Positions 18,167-27,455 of a stretch of DNA of 64,000 nt are shown piece after piece. Within the stretch, counting starts at the first letter, position 1. The number at the start of each line of letters is the position of its first letter. Below the pieces are notes generated by a model. The model made no database searches and had not been told where the DNA came from. It saw only the letters and a list, made by a program, of their open reading frames with translations. Source of the stretch: a virus (taxonomy: Duplodnaviria; Caudoviricetes); the IMG/VR virus record IMGVR_UViG_3300031413_000603, positions 12,150-76,149 of that record. One strand, given 5' to 3'. The translations under genes and the position numbers were made by a program.

Positions 18167-18819
18167 TGGCATATCCAACATCTTGGTATGTGGTGCCAGC
18201 CCTTGCCGCGCTCGCTCAGCATGCAAGCGCCAAGAATCCGTTGGTCAATGCTGCGCAGCTAAGCGCCTGGGCAGATAGCGATCAGCTGGAATTCTCTCCT
18301 GGCACAGCGGCAATGGCGTTGAGCACCTTGCAAAGGAATGGCTGGTGCACTATTCCTGGTGGACGCCGTCGCCCTAACAATTTGGTCACCGAGTACCTGG
18401 TCACGTCTATTGGCTTACAGGCCGCACTTATGGCCTGGCGGAGCATGCCAAATGGGCCTGTGCCAGACAAGGATGAGCTGAGCACCCGTCTGTGGAACTT
18501 GCTGCGCATTCGCCGGCGCCTCACGCCCGAAGAAGCTGCAGAGACTCTGGTAGATGCAGACGCTGACTTCGCTGCCAAGAAAAAGCGCATTGGTGCCTTG
18601 CTGGCAGCATGGGCAAAGCACGCGCCAACTGCGGTTACCACTGGGTTGAAGCGAGAAGGTGGTCAGATTCGCTACGTTCTGACTGAGGACTGGGGGCGTT
18701 GGCCTGCACCATCCAAGGCCGGCCAGTTCCACCCGGTGATGTTTGCTCATGCCCAGGCTATCCCCGACCGTTATCGCAAGAAGGCGTCGCCGGTTTCTGA
18801 GGAGGCTGATCAAGCATGA
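18166..18819 (+). CDS. Early hypothetical protein (winged-HTH-like)
   Basis: 217 aa, TGATG-coupled to the B gene. Confidence 0.7.
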   Translation: MAYPTSWYVVPALAALAQHASAKNPLVNAAQLSAWADSDQLEFSPGTAAMALSTLQRNGWCTIPGGRRRPNNLVTEYLVTSIGLQAALMAWRSMPNGPVPDKDELSTRLWNLLRIRRRLTPEEAAETLVDADADFAAKKKRIGALLAAWAKHAPTAVTTGLKREGGQIRYVLTEDWGRWPAPSKAGQFHPVMFAHAQAIPDRYRKKASPVSEEADQA

Positions 18820-19259
18820 AGCCTTCCTACATGAATGAATCCTGGTTCGCACTCTTGAAGGCGCGCGCCGACATGCCTGGTGCGGTGCGGGCGCATATCG
18901 CCAAGAAGCTTGGCATTGGCCCAGCAGCGTTGAGCCAGGTGCTCAATGCGAGCGGCGAATACGGCAAGGGCACTGCGAGCACCAGCCGCATCGCTGACAA
19001 GGTTATCCATACCTTTGGGCGTTATGCCTGCCCTCATCTGACGGATGAGGCAGGTGGCGAGGAGTGCGTAATCACGGCAGATCAGTGCCGAGCCTATTCA
19101 CACCGACCAGCACCAACCGCACCCCGCGAGATGAAGCACTGGCAGGCCTGCAACCGTTGTGTCCACAAGGAATCTTGTGCGCCCCCTGTGCCGCGTGCGG
19201 TCCAGCACCGCAAGGTGATCCCGATAACGAAGACACCGGAGGCCCAAGATGCGAGCTGA
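18816..19259 (+). CDS. HTH plus Cys/His-rich early protein
   Basis: IAKKLGIGPAALSQVL HTH; CPHL...C..YSH...HWQACNRC. Confidence 0.75.
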   Translation: MKPSYMNESWFALLKARADMPGAVRAHIAKKLGIGPAALSQVLNASGEYGKGTASTSRIADKVIHTFGRYACPHLTDEAGGEECVITADQCRAYSHRPAPTAPREMKHWQACNRCVHKESCAPPVPRAVQHRKVIPITKTPEAQDAS

Positions 19260-19401
19260 TGACCTGAGCTGGATTCGCCGCCGCGCCCGCCGTCTGCAGC
19301 GCGCCTTTACCGTCACCCGCCGACGAGCTGTGCGTCAAGCAGCACAGGACTGGTGGCAAATGCACGGCCAAGCCCGTTCTCTGCGAGGAGCCGCAGCATG
19401 A
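19249..19401 (+). CDS. 50-aa Arg-rich early protein
   Basis: Translated by hand (MRADDLSWIRRRARRLQRAF...); overlaps both neighbours. Confidence 0.5.
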   Translation: MRADDLSWIRRRARRLQRAFTVTRRRAVRQAAQDWWQMHGQARSLRGAAA

Positions 19402-19628
19402 AGAAGTTTCTCTTTGCGCCTGGCGTCTTGGAACGGCACACGCGTGACGAATGGCGCAGGAGCGAGCGCCGCATTACCCGGTCTGATCGATTGAGTCGCG
19501 AACGCACTAATCCTGATAGCTGGTCGATGTACTTGCTCGTCTGCCTGTGCCTGGTCGCCTACGCCTTGCTGATCGGCGTGGTGGCTGGCTACCTGGACTG
19601 GTCGCTCAACTGGGGAGCCATGCGATGA
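19398..19628 (+). CDS. Small early protein with C-terminal TM
   Basis: MKKFLFAPGVLE...; ATGA coupling. Confidence 0.6.
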   Translation: MKKFLFAPGVLERHTRDEWRRSERRITRSDRLSRERTNPDSWSMYLLVCLCLVAYALLIGVVAGYLDWSLNWGAMR

Positions 19629-19879
19629 ATGAAGAGCAAATCAAAACCGAAGCTGTCGCACTGTGCGAGCGCCTGATGGATCAGGCCAATGGTCAGCGCT
19701 TGGACATATTCGTTTCTGCCCTGGCGCATGCCATCCGAGCATGTGCCGACTCATCACCGCCGCATGTGCGCATGGAGATCGGTCGACTGCTGTTGCGTGT
19801 AGGTGGTCTTGTGGTGGCAGAAAGCCAGTCGCAGCCCATTCCACATCCATCGCCCACCACTTCAACTTCTATTCACTGA
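19625..19879 (+). CDS. Small early hypothetical protein
   Basis: ATGA coupling within the early operon. Confidence 0.6.
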   Translation: MNEEQIKTEAVALCERLMDQANGQRLDIFVSALAHAIRACADSSPPHVRMEIGRLLLRVGGLVVAESQSQPIPHPSPTTSTSIH

Positions 19880-19888
19880 GGAGTCACT

Positions 19889-20500
19889 ATGACCAAAACC
19901 ATTCCTGCGGGCTATTGGGAAAATGCCAAGGGCAATTTTGTCCCGGAATCGAAGATCAAACCCATTGACAAACTGCGCGATTCCTTTGTACGCGAATGGT
20001 GCGCAAAGGCCAAGCAACAGAACGAGCTGCTCAAGAAGTTCAAGACCCAGAGCATGCAGGACTTCCTGGCCTTCGTCGAAACGAGCATTGAGCAGTACGA
20101 GGTCAAGATGCGCGGCAGCAAGGGCAATGTCACCCTGTTTGCCTTTGATGCTTCTTTAAAGATCGTCTACCAGGTGCAAGATCGCTTGGTATTTGGCGAG
20201 CAATTGCAAGCAGCCAAATTGCTTATCGACAAATGCGTAGTGCGCTGGTCTGAGGGCGCGAACGACAACATCCGCGTTCTGGTCAACGATGCCTTCCAGG
20301 TCGACAAGGCTGGAAAGATCAATACCGAGCGTGTGCTGGGTCTCAAGCGCCTAGACATCCAAGACTCTGACTGGAAGCTTGCCATGCAGGCCATCTCAGA
20401 TAGCACCATGGTGGCTGATTCCAAGCCCTATATCCGCTTCTACGAGCGAGATGCCGAGGGTACTTACCAGCCCATCGTTCTGGACATGGCGGCTGTATGA
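19889..20500 (+). CDS. DUF3164-family protein (Mu Gam-like)
   Basis: GYWENAKG..VPESKIKPIDKLRD, KGNVTL, AFQVDKAGKIN motifs. Confidence 0.85.
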   Translation: MTKTIPAGYWENAKGNFVPESKIKPIDKLRDSFVREWCAKAKQQNELLKKFKTQSMQDFLAFVETSIEQYEVKMRGSKGNVTLFAFDASLKIVYQVQDRLVFGEQLQAAKLLIDKCVVRWSEGANDNIRVLVNDAFQVDKAGKINTERVLGLKRLDIQDSDWKLAMQAISDSTMVADSKPYIRFYERDAEGTYQPIVLDMAAV

Positions 20501-21201
20501 CCAGAGACGAAGCCCTCAAGAAAATCAAGAAGTGCCTGGCGCTCGGCCGCAGTGCCAACCAGGCAGAAGCTGCGGCAGCACTACGGCAAGCCCAGAAGCT
20601 CATGGAGATGTTCAACGTCGGCGAGCAGGATGTATCGCTGCTGGATGTGGGAGAGACAGAGGCGCGCAGCGCGAGCACCGCCGTCAATGCATGGGAGCTG
20701 CGCCTGGTTGTTCTCATCGCCAAGGCCTTCGGGTGCGAGCAGTTCTCTCGGGCCATTGACAGCTACAGCGATGCAGGCAACCTGGTGCGCAAGCGCTATT
20801 GGGTATTCGTGGGGATGGGCGCAGCGCACACGGTGGCCGCATACGCCTGCGAGGTATTGGTGCGACAGTGCTCTCGCCAGCGGGCAGCGCACATTGCTAA
20901 ACAGCCTCGCAACTGCAAGCCCATCACCAAGACGGTACGCGGCGATCAGTTTGCCACCGGCTGGGTTGCAGGTGTTGCTCGCAATGTGGAAGCTTTTGCA
21001 CAGCCAGCAGGCGACAAGGCTTTGCTGCAGGCCTACATTTCCCGTGAGCATGGCGAGCTGCAGAAAGGCGATGTTCGCAATTCTTTAAATGGCAGGAAGG
21101 TCGATGGTCTCGGCCACCTGGCTGCAGGCTTCCGTGCGGGCCAGGATGTCCAGCTGCAGCACGGGATTGGCGGCATGCCAGACCAGGGGTTTCTGTCATG
21201 A
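20497..21201 (+). CDS. DUF2786-domain protein
   Basis: ALKKIKKCLALGRSANQAEAAAALRQAQKLM signature. Confidence 0.85.
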   Translation: MTRDEALKKIKKCLALGRSANQAEAAAALRQAQKLMEMFNVGEQDVSLLDVGETEARSASTAVNAWELRLVVLIAKAFGCEQFSRAIDSYSDAGNLVRKRYWVFVGMGAAHTVAAYACEVLVRQCSRQRAAHIAKQPRNCKPITKTVRGDQFATGWVAGVARNVEAFAQPAGDKALLQAYISREHGELQKGDVRNSLNGRKVDGLGHLAAGFRAGQDVQLQHGIGGMPDQGFLS

Positions 21202-21503
21202 CCCGAGTTACCAAACCCAAAAATGTACCGATGGCCATTCTCTCCATCGGGTACCAAAAATACGTAATGCCTTCGACCAAGGCCATGAAAGTGGCAGAGC
21301 TGATGCAGGGAGCGGCGACTGTCGATTACGACTTCCGTGCATCCTCCTCGAAGTACATCGTGCAGGAGGAGGAGCTGCGCATTGCATTCGAGCTGGTTCG
21401 CGCTGACCAGATTGTTATGCCAGAAGGCTCAATCGAGCCCGCTGCAGCTCCTCGGCGAAGCGCTGTTCAGCTGACCAATGAACCTCGGAGGCTGACACGA
21501 TGA
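21198..21503 (+). CDS. Early hypothetical protein
   Basis: 101 aa, ATGA overlaps. Confidence 0.65.
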   Translation: MTRVTKPKNVPMAILSIGYQKYVMPSTKAMKVAELMQGAATVDYDFRASSSKYIVQEEELRIAFELVRADQIVMPEGSIEPAAAPRRSAVQLTNEPRRLTR

Positions 21504-21970
21504 ATCGCCGTTTCACTTCCTACAGCTCGCCTGCCAATCTTGAGGCACAGCGCAAACGCGAGCTCGGACACATCCACCAGGGAAAGGCTGCGCTGGGCTG
21601 GACAGATGACGACTACCGTTTTCATCTGATGCAGAACACCGGCAAGAGCAGTGCTGCGGATCTGGATGCTGCTGGCCGCGCTGCAGTGCTCTCGCACATG
21701 GCAAAGCTGGGGTTCAAGCCGAAGGCGCGCGAATTTAAACCATTCGGCCAGCCCGAGAAGATCGTATGGCTGTGGAAGCAGATCGGCCTGGCGGGTGGTC
21801 TGCGCGACTCTGGCCCATCTGCACTGCTTGCATTTGTCGCTCGCACCACTGGCACGGGTGTATCGGATGTCAAGTTCTTGCCGACCCTCGATGCCAACAA
21901 GGTGATCGAGGCTTTGAAGTCCATGCTCGACCGCGCCAAGCGCGCTCAGAAGGCTACCAATGTCCAATGA
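21500..21970 (+). CDS. gemA: Mu gp16/GemA-family (DUF1018) protein
   Basis: IHQGKAALGWTDDDYRFHL...TGKSSAADL; KVIEALKSM. Confidence 0.85.
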   Translation: MNRRFTSYSSPANLEAQRKRELGHIHQGKAALGWTDDDYRFHLMQNTGKSSAADLDAAGRAAVLSHMAKLGFKPKAREFKPFGQPEKIVWLWKQIGLAGGLRDSGPSALLAFVARTTGTGVSDVKFLPTLDANKVIEALKSMLDRAKRAQKATNVQ

Positions 21971-22628
21971 ATTCAAACACACCATCGAGGCAGATATTCG
22001 TGGAGTAGAACACACTCAAGATGAGTTTGCAGTCCGTGAATCTGTGATTGGCCCGAACATCCTGATGGCCAGCGGTACCTATTTCCACTTCGACGATCCG
22101 TGGCGCACTGGCGTCTGCGTCGAGGACATTGCGCACGCGCTCTCCAACATCTGTCGCTTCACAGGCCATTGTCGCGAGTTCTACAGCGTTGCCCAGCACG
22201 CGGTCTTGGTGTCGCATCTGGTGCCAACAGAGTATGCGTACCAGGCGCTGCACCACGATGACGTGGAAGCTGTGATGGGCGATATGTCTAGCCCGCTCAA
22301 GAAGCTCATACCTGAATACAAGCGCCTGGAGCATGAAATCGAGCGCGTGATCCTGGCGCAATGCGGCATTCGGTTGCCAATGCCTGATGAAGTAAAGCGT
22401 GCGGACCTCATTGCTCTGCGAACAGAACAGCGCGACTTGATGCCAGAGATCGGCGGTAAATGGATGAGCTTGCATGGCATCAAACCTGCCGATATCGAGC
22501 TTATCCCAATGAACCCGGCAGCAGCGCGTGCAGCCTACCTGCTTCGCCATGAGGAACTGTGGTCCGAATACGCAGCCCGCCACCAGTCGCATGCCACGCC
22601 ACTTCAACCTCGCACGAGGAGCGCCTGA
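21960..22628 (+). CDS. HD-domain phosphohydrolase (YfbR-like)
   Basis: EDIAHALSNICRFTGH...YSVAQH...ALHHD...GDM. Confidence 0.88.
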   Translation: MSNEFKHTIEADIRGVEHTQDEFAVRESVIGPNILMASGTYFHFDDPWRTGVCVEDIAHALSNICRFTGHCREFYSVAQHAVLVSHLVPTEYAYQALHHDDVEAVMGDMSSPLKKLIPEYKRLEHEIERVILAQCGIRLPMPDEVKRADLIALRTEQRDLMPEIGGKWMSLHGIKPADIELIPMNPAAARAAYLLRHEELWSEYAARHQSHATPLQPRTRSA

Positions 22629-22630
22629 TC

Positions 22631-23617
22631 ATGGCTGAAAACACAAAGATCGAATGGACCGATCACACATTCAACCCGTGGGAGGGCTGCCAAAAGGTAG
22701 GCCCCGGCTGCGACCATTGCTATGCCGAGACGCGCAACGCGCGTTTCGCGGGTGGTCAGGCGATCAACTGGGGCCCAGGCGCACCGCGCCGCCGCACCAG
22801 CGTCAGCAACTGGAACAAACCTCTCATTTGGAATATGCACGCTGACGCCTTCATGGCCGAACATGGCCGGCGCCAGCGTGTTTTCTGCGCCAGCCTGGCT
22901 GATGTATTCGACAACGCGGTAGATCGTGAATGGCGCGACGACCTCGCTACGATCATCCTGGACACGCCAAACCTCGACTGGCTGCTGCTGACCAAGCGAA
23001 TCGGCAACGCCGGAGCCATGCTGGGTGAAATGTTTCTCGACGGCACTCCACCGAATGTGCGGATCGGGGTAACCATCGTGAACCAGCCCGAGGCTGACCG
23101 CGATATCGAAAAGCTGCTGGCACTGGGCTTGCCCAACTTCCTGAGCATGGAACCGCTGCTGGGACCAGTGGATCTGGAGCGGGCAAGGCCAGGCCCCGAT
23201 CTGGATCAAGAAGCCGGCGCGAAGATTTGCCCGCTGTGGGTGATTCAGAGCGGCATCGACTGGGTGATCGTCGGCGGCGAGAGCGGTCCAGGCGCTCGCC
23301 CTATGCATCCCGACTGGGTGCGATCCCTGCGCGATCAGTGCCAAGCTTCAGGTGTGCCATTCCTCTTTAAACAGTGGGGAGAGTGGGCCCCAGCCGATCC
23401 CATACCAGGCACTAGATTCGGCGACGAGCTCCGCCTTGGCAAGGTGCAGCATCTGCATGCGCCCGGCAACCCAGAAGGCTTCTTTCGACGAGGCGATGCA
23501 TATGTGCGCAACGTTGGCAAGAAGGCCGCTGGGCGCGTGCTCGATGGCTGCACCTGGGACGAATTTCCCGATGTGATTTCTTCGTCTGGAAGTGCAGCAC
23601 AGGAGACATTCGCATGA
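22631..23617 (+). CDS. DUF5131 (phage Gp37/Gp68) family protein
   Basis: MAENTKIEWTDHTFNPWEGCQKVGPGCDHCYA; WVIVGGESGPGARPMHPDW. Confidence 0.92.
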   Translation: MAENTKIEWTDHTFNPWEGCQKVGPGCDHCYAETRNARFAGGQAINWGPGAPRRRTSVSNWNKPLIWNMHADAFMAEHGRRQRVFCASLADVFDNAVDREWRDDLATIILDTPNLDWLLLTKRIGNAGAMLGEMFLDGTPPNVRIGVTIVNQPEADRDIEKLLALGLPNFLSMEPLLGPVDLERARPGPDLDQEAGAKICPLWVIQSGIDWVIVGGESGPGARPMHPDWVRSLRDQCQASGVPFLFKQWGEWAPADPIPGTRFGDELRLGKVQHLHAPGNPEGFFRRGDAYVRNVGKKAAGRVLDGCTWDEFPDVISSSGSAAQETFA

Positions 23618-23859
23618 TCGCGCAACTCTTTATTGCCCTGTTCGGCGTCACTGCCGTGGCGCTATCGCAATCAACCCTTGCTTCACGACGCCGCTGGGCT
23701 TCGGTGTTCGGCCTGGTAGGCCAGCCGTTCTGGTTCTATGCGGCGTGGGACACCCAGCAATGGGGCATCTTTGCTCTTTGCATCCTCTACACGATCACTT
23801 GGGGCAAGGGCTTTTACACGTACTGGATTGCCGTCAAGGCGGGAAAGGAGGCACCATGA
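23614..23859 (+). CDS. Small multi-TM membrane protein, homologous to 31977-32267
   Basis: 81 aa; GQPFWFY...QWGIFA motif. Confidence 0.75.
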   Translation: MIAQLFIALFGVTAVALSQSTLASRRRWASVFGLVGQPFWFYAAWDTQQWGIFALCILYTITWGKGFYTYWIAVKAGKEAP

Positions 23860-24035
23860 CCACGGGCACCAACATCCACCGGTTCCCTGGTGCTGAACTC
23901 CCGGAGCAGACGCTTTCAGTGGAAAAGAAGTACCGGAGCTTCTGCCAGCATGAAAAGATCACGCTGGATGACCACAGCCGTACAGTGCGCTGTGTTGCGA
24001 ATAGCTATGTCCGACGCCAGCCACCTTCCCATTGA
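23856..24035 (+). pseudogene. Probable N-terminal remnant of an early gene
   Basis: Good RBS and start (MTTGTNIHRFPGAELP...FCQH...VRC) but runs out of frame into the Mor start after about 50 codons. Confidence 0.4.
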
Positions 24036-24417
24036 GCTACTGCCGCCTCTGCTGCAGAACTTTGTGCGCCTGATTGGCCTGGCCCCCACCATGTCACTGG
24101 TGCAGGTATTTGGCGGGCGCAGAGTCTATTTCCCCAAGCAACCCACTCCCGAGCATCCTTTGGCCGCTATCGTCGGTCTGGAGAACCTTTTAAAGCTGAG
24201 CGAGGTATACGGTGGCTTGGAGCATTTCCAGCTTCCCAAGGCCGAGAGGGCGCTCCTCGCTGTCCGTAACTCCAGCATCGCAGCAGACTATGCTGCCCAT
24301 AAAACGGCCCGTGATTTGGCTGTAGAGCACGGCCTCACGGAGGGGCAGATCGTCCGAATCGTAGCCGCCCAAGGTGTAACAGCACCATTGGATAGACGGC
24401 AGAAGGCACTCTTTTGA
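24007..24417 (+). CDS. mor: Mor/C-family transcription activator
   Basis: FGGRRVYFPK and C-terminal HTH (TARDLAVEHGLTEGQIVRIV). Confidence 0.88.
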   Translation: MSDASHLPIELLPPLLQNFVRLIGLAPTMSLVQVFGGRRVYFPKQPTPEHPLAAIVGLENLLKLSEVYGGLEHFQLPKAERALLAVRNSSIAADYAAHKTARDLAVEHGLTEGQIVRIVAAQGVTAPLDRRQKALF

Positions 24418-24436
24418 CTTATCGCTCTGCCGTTTA

Positions 24437-24472
24437 AAGACGCCCTATTTCATTCGAGATAGGGCGTTTTTC
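24437..24472 (+). terminator. Intrinsic terminator of the early operon
   Basis: ACGCCCTAT...ATAGGGCGT followed by TTTT. Confidence 0.8.
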
Positions 24473-24494
24473 TTTGCCGAAGTGCTGTAATTTG

Positions 24495-24618
24495 ACGTCC
24501 GAGTTAGAGGAAGTCGGACGCGAGCGGCAGATCACGCCCAGGTTTCCTAACTGCTTGTTTTATTTAGATATGAGTAACTCGGACGTTCTACCTTGTCCGA
24601 GTTCGGCACGTCCGACTT
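24495..24618. repeat. Five copies of (A)CGTCCGA(G/C)TT near the prophage end
   Basis: 24495-24505 (+), 24511-24520 (-), 24576-24586 (-), 24595-24603 (+), 24608-24618 (+). Confidence 0.8.
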
Positions 24619-24763
24619 AAATGCCCCTGGTGCCTTGATGCTTCTGAGGCTTTAAACCGTCTGAACGCTATGTGGTGCAAGGCTAAGAGGACTTTCTCAC
24701 TCACTGCTCACATTGGCCGGTATTAGCCCATACTTACCGTTTTGGCCCTATAGGTGGCCCATT

Positions 24764-24873
24764 CTGTGCCAAAGCGGTTCGCAAGTGCCAAAGAACCCAA
24801 AACGCCCGGAATGCCGCGCCAACATTGGATTTCCCAAATTATCATCAGCCAATCATCTGTGCCAAAACGATCA
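24764..24873. repeat. Probable right end: three GTGCCAAA transposase-binding sites and terminal CA
   Basis: CTGTGCCAAA 24764-24773, GTGCCAAA 24785-24792, CTGTGCCAAAA 24857-24867, then CGATCA ending at 24873; host gene sequence starts immediately after. Confidence 0.65.
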
Positions 24874-25483
24874 CTCCCCCACTCGCCTTGCTGCTCTCGA
24901 CCATCTCCAGCGCCGCGCCATGCGGCACCCGGATCAGCCGATGGGCATCGACCCCATTGCTGGCGGCGATGGCCACCAGGCGTGTGTAGGTAGGTTCATC
25001 GATGCTCGGCGTGCGCGACAGAATCCAGGCGTACTTGGCCGCATCACCGACCACCACGGCGTGTCCTGCATCATGGTCGACATAGACCACATGGTAGCCG
25101 GCATATAAAGGGCGAAAGAACGACACCTTCAGCGAGCCCAGTTCCGGGCCGGACAGCAGCTTGGCCACCGCAGTTGCCGACTTCCATTGGCCACGCTCCG
25201 GGTCAAAACCGCGATTGGTGACCTGCACCGTGCCATTGTCTTGCAACAAGTAGTCTGCGGTGCAGGAGGTCAGTCCGCGCTCAAACACATAGTCAATCCG
25301 TGCCAGCTCATACCAGTGGCCCATGTACTGCCGGACATCGAAGTCCTGCACAGGGCGAACATTCTTGGGCACCCTCACCCGCTGGCCGGTGTACCACAGC
25401 GCAGACGCTGCTGCCGTCAAGGCCATGGCCAGCGGCAAGGAGGAGGTTCTGGAGGAGGCCGATGCCTCAGGTGTGCGGCGCAT
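24845..25483 (-). CDS. blc: Lipocalin (Blc-like) whose last codons come from the prophage end
   Basis: FDVRQYMGHWYELARID, YAWILSRTP motifs. Confidence 0.9.
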   Translation of the reverse strand: MRRTPEASASSRTSSLPLAMALTAAASALWYTGQRVRVPKNVRPVQDFDVRQYMGHWYELARIDYVFERGLTSCTADYLLQDNGTVQVTNRGFDPERGQWKSATAVAKLLSGPELGSLKVSFFRPLYAGYHVVYVDHDAGHAVVVGDAAKYAWILSRTPSIDEPTYTRLVAIAASNGVDAHRLIRVPHGAALEMVESSKASGGVIVLAQMIG

Positions 25484-25616
25484 AAGAGGGTTCCTTCCAA
25501 CAAAACCCTTTTGTACCGCCGATGGCAAGCGGCCTGCGTAGGCCTTGCCACGGCAGCGGCCTAGGTGCATTCCGACACATCGTCAGGGTCTGCACCCCGC
25601 GCCCTGCAGCGGCGCA

Positions 25617-26117
25617 TCAATTGCCTTTTTTGGGCACCACATTCTTGGGCAGCACCATCAGCACAAAGAGCGCAAACAAGGTGCACAAAATGGCAGCGGC
25701 CTCTTCACCTGCGCCCACCGCCATGCCTATCGCTGCGGTGAACCAGATGCCTGCGGCGGTGGTCAGGCCCTTCACATCCTCGGTGTTTTCCTTGGCGGGT
25801 TTCAAGATGGCGCCCGCTCCCAAAAAGCCCACGCCAGCAATCAGCCCCTGGATCACCCGGCTGGAGTCCATCGGCGTCATGCCCATCAGTTGCGCCACGG
25901 CCAAAAAGGTGGCAGCACCCATGGCCACCAGCATGTGCGTGCGCAGGCCGGCAGCCTTGCCGCTGGCCTCTCTTTCATAGCCCAGCATGCCGCCCAGCAG
26001 GGCCGCAAGCAGCAGCTTGAAAATGATGCGCGTGGCCTGCGCCAGATCGGTCAGATCAGACAGCTCGCCAGCGATGGTGTGAATGATGGTTTGGAACGCG
26101 GAGTCAGAAGCATTCAT
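25617..26117 (-). CDS. MgtC/SapB-family membrane protein
   Basis: GYERE..GKAAGLRTHMLV; GVGFLGAGAI; GLTTAAGIW. Confidence 0.92.
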   Translation of the reverse strand: MNASDSAFQTIIHTIAGELSDLTDLAQATRIIFKLLLAALLGGMLGYEREASGKAAGLRTHMLVAMGAATFLAVAQLMGMTPMDSSRVIQGLIAGVGFLGAGAILKPAKENTEDVKGLTTAAGIWFTAAIGMAVGAGEEAAAILCTLFALFVLMVLPKNVVPKKGN

Positions 26118-26182
26118 GGCTCGGGCCTTGGTGCATCACGCAGCAAGGCGGCCACGTTCCATGGCCGCCTGCATGCAGAAAG

Positions 26183-26216
26183 TAAAAAGACCTCCCTCGC
26201 AAAAGCCAGGGAGGCT
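26183..26216 (-). terminator. Terminator after csbD
   Basis: GCCTCCCT...AGGGAGGT followed by CTTTTT on the minus strand. Confidence 0.6.
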
Positions 26217-26223
26217 GCTTGAA

Positions 26224-26433
26224 TTACCAGCGGTAATTGTTCTTGGTTTCCCAATCCTTGACCTGCTGCTCGGCAGCATCTTTCGCAATACCTTCACGCT
26301 CTTGGATGCGGCCCACCAGCTGCTCGCGCTTGCCGTCGACCACGTCCAGATCGTCATTGGTCAGCTTGCCCCACTGCTCTTGGACTTTGCCCTTGAATTG
26401 CTTCCAGTTGCCTTTGATCGTGTCTTCGTTCAT
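26224..26433 (-). CDS. csbD: CsbD/YjbJ-family stress protein
   Basis: MNEDTIKGNWKQFKGKVQEQWGKLTNDDLD. Confidence 0.95.
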   Translation of the reverse strand: MNEDTIKGNWKQFKGKVQEQWGKLTNDDLDVVDGKREQLVGRIQEREGIAKDAAEQQVKDWETKNNYRW

Positions 26434-26711
26434 CTGTCACTCCTTGCGGGTTTGCGGGTTAATCGGCTTGTATGGTTTCAGTGTCACACCCTCACGGCCC
26501 CCGCATTGCAGTCGTGCAAGCAGCATTACCGTAGGGACTCTCCCACAGCGTGGCGAACACGGCGGATTTGCGCCCCCTATACAACAGAGCATGGCTTTGT
26601 CTATGGCCATTCCATACCCAGTACATCTTGTAAAGCGCATACTGGGGGTGGCGACGAGGAGCGGCCTCGCATAGAACCGGCATTCCAGCGATATTCAAGG
26701 AGTTGAAAGCC

Positions 26712-26936
26712 ATGACTTATGCATCCAAACCCCTTCCGGCTCAGGCACTGAGCCAAGAAGAGATTCAAGCCCGTTATGAAAAGGACCGAATTTCTTACCC
26801 CGACGGTGTTCCCCACTCCCGTATCACCTGGATAGAAAGGCCAGAGTACAAAGGCAATGAACTCAGTTACCGGGGCCAAAAGCCCAAGACGATCGTGACC
26901 TTGGCCAGCTCGGCAAGTCCGACCATCCCCTCTTAG
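26712..26936 (+). CDS. Small hypothetical protein
   Basis: GGAG RBS; compact ORF in an otherwise non-coding stretch. Confidence 0.45.
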   Translation: MTYASKPLPAQALSQEEIQARYEKDRISYPDGVPHSRITWIERPEYKGNELSYRGQKPKTIVTLASSASPTIPS

Positions 26937-27455
26937 AACCTGTTCAAAGTCTCCTCGCGCCGCGACAGTGTCTTTGCGAGATGGGATGCGAGGGGGGCGC
27001 CCAGCCGCGCAATACCGCAGCAATAGCCATGATGCTATTGCGAGGATTTGCAACGACGCAGACCGCTCCCTAGCCGGGCGCCCCTTCCCGGGCAGCGCAA
27101 AGCCACTGTCCCTATGGGTTGGAGTGAAATCGGGCGATTTCTGCGTGCTGGCCCTTGCTTGCACCCCGGTGCAAGCTGCGCTCCATCCCTTCGAACTCAT
27201 CCCGATTGCACTCCAACTCGGCTGCGTAGAGACTTTGAACAGGTTCTTAGCGCCATGCCTTTGGTGCACTAAACCTTGGCCCGTTGACGGGTGATCCTCC
27301 ACCCACCCTTGCCACTTTTGCAAGCCCTCTTGGAGGGCTTTTTTCTTGCACAGCGCGGCATGCGCCGCTTCTCGCAGCAGCCCGCGGGGTTGTAAGCTTG
27401 TATGAGGACTCGGGTGCTAGGATTGCGGCTCGCAACACAACCCTGTCTCTATCTG

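Larger units (their letters stand above)
1..24873. mobile_element. Transposable (Mu-like, B3/BcepMu organisation) prophage, right part; left end and remaining tail genes lie outside the window
   Basis: MuA-like DDE transposase, MuB-like ATPase, Ner, Mor, DUF1804, Mu-type terminase, portal and MuF; late and early operons diverge from a central repressor; candidate CA terminus at 24872-24873. Confidence 0.95.

Noticed and set aside
21960-22628. DatZ of a 2-aminoadenine (Z-genome) pathway
   Set aside because: HD fold fits, but no PurZ or MazZ gene or dedicated polymerase is in the window, and a host-replicated transposable phage is an unlikely carrier.
24700-24712. Alternative prophage right end at ...GCTCACA (24712)
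   Set aside because: The three GTGCCAAA sites lie to its right and host coding sequence begins only at 24874, so 24873 fits better.
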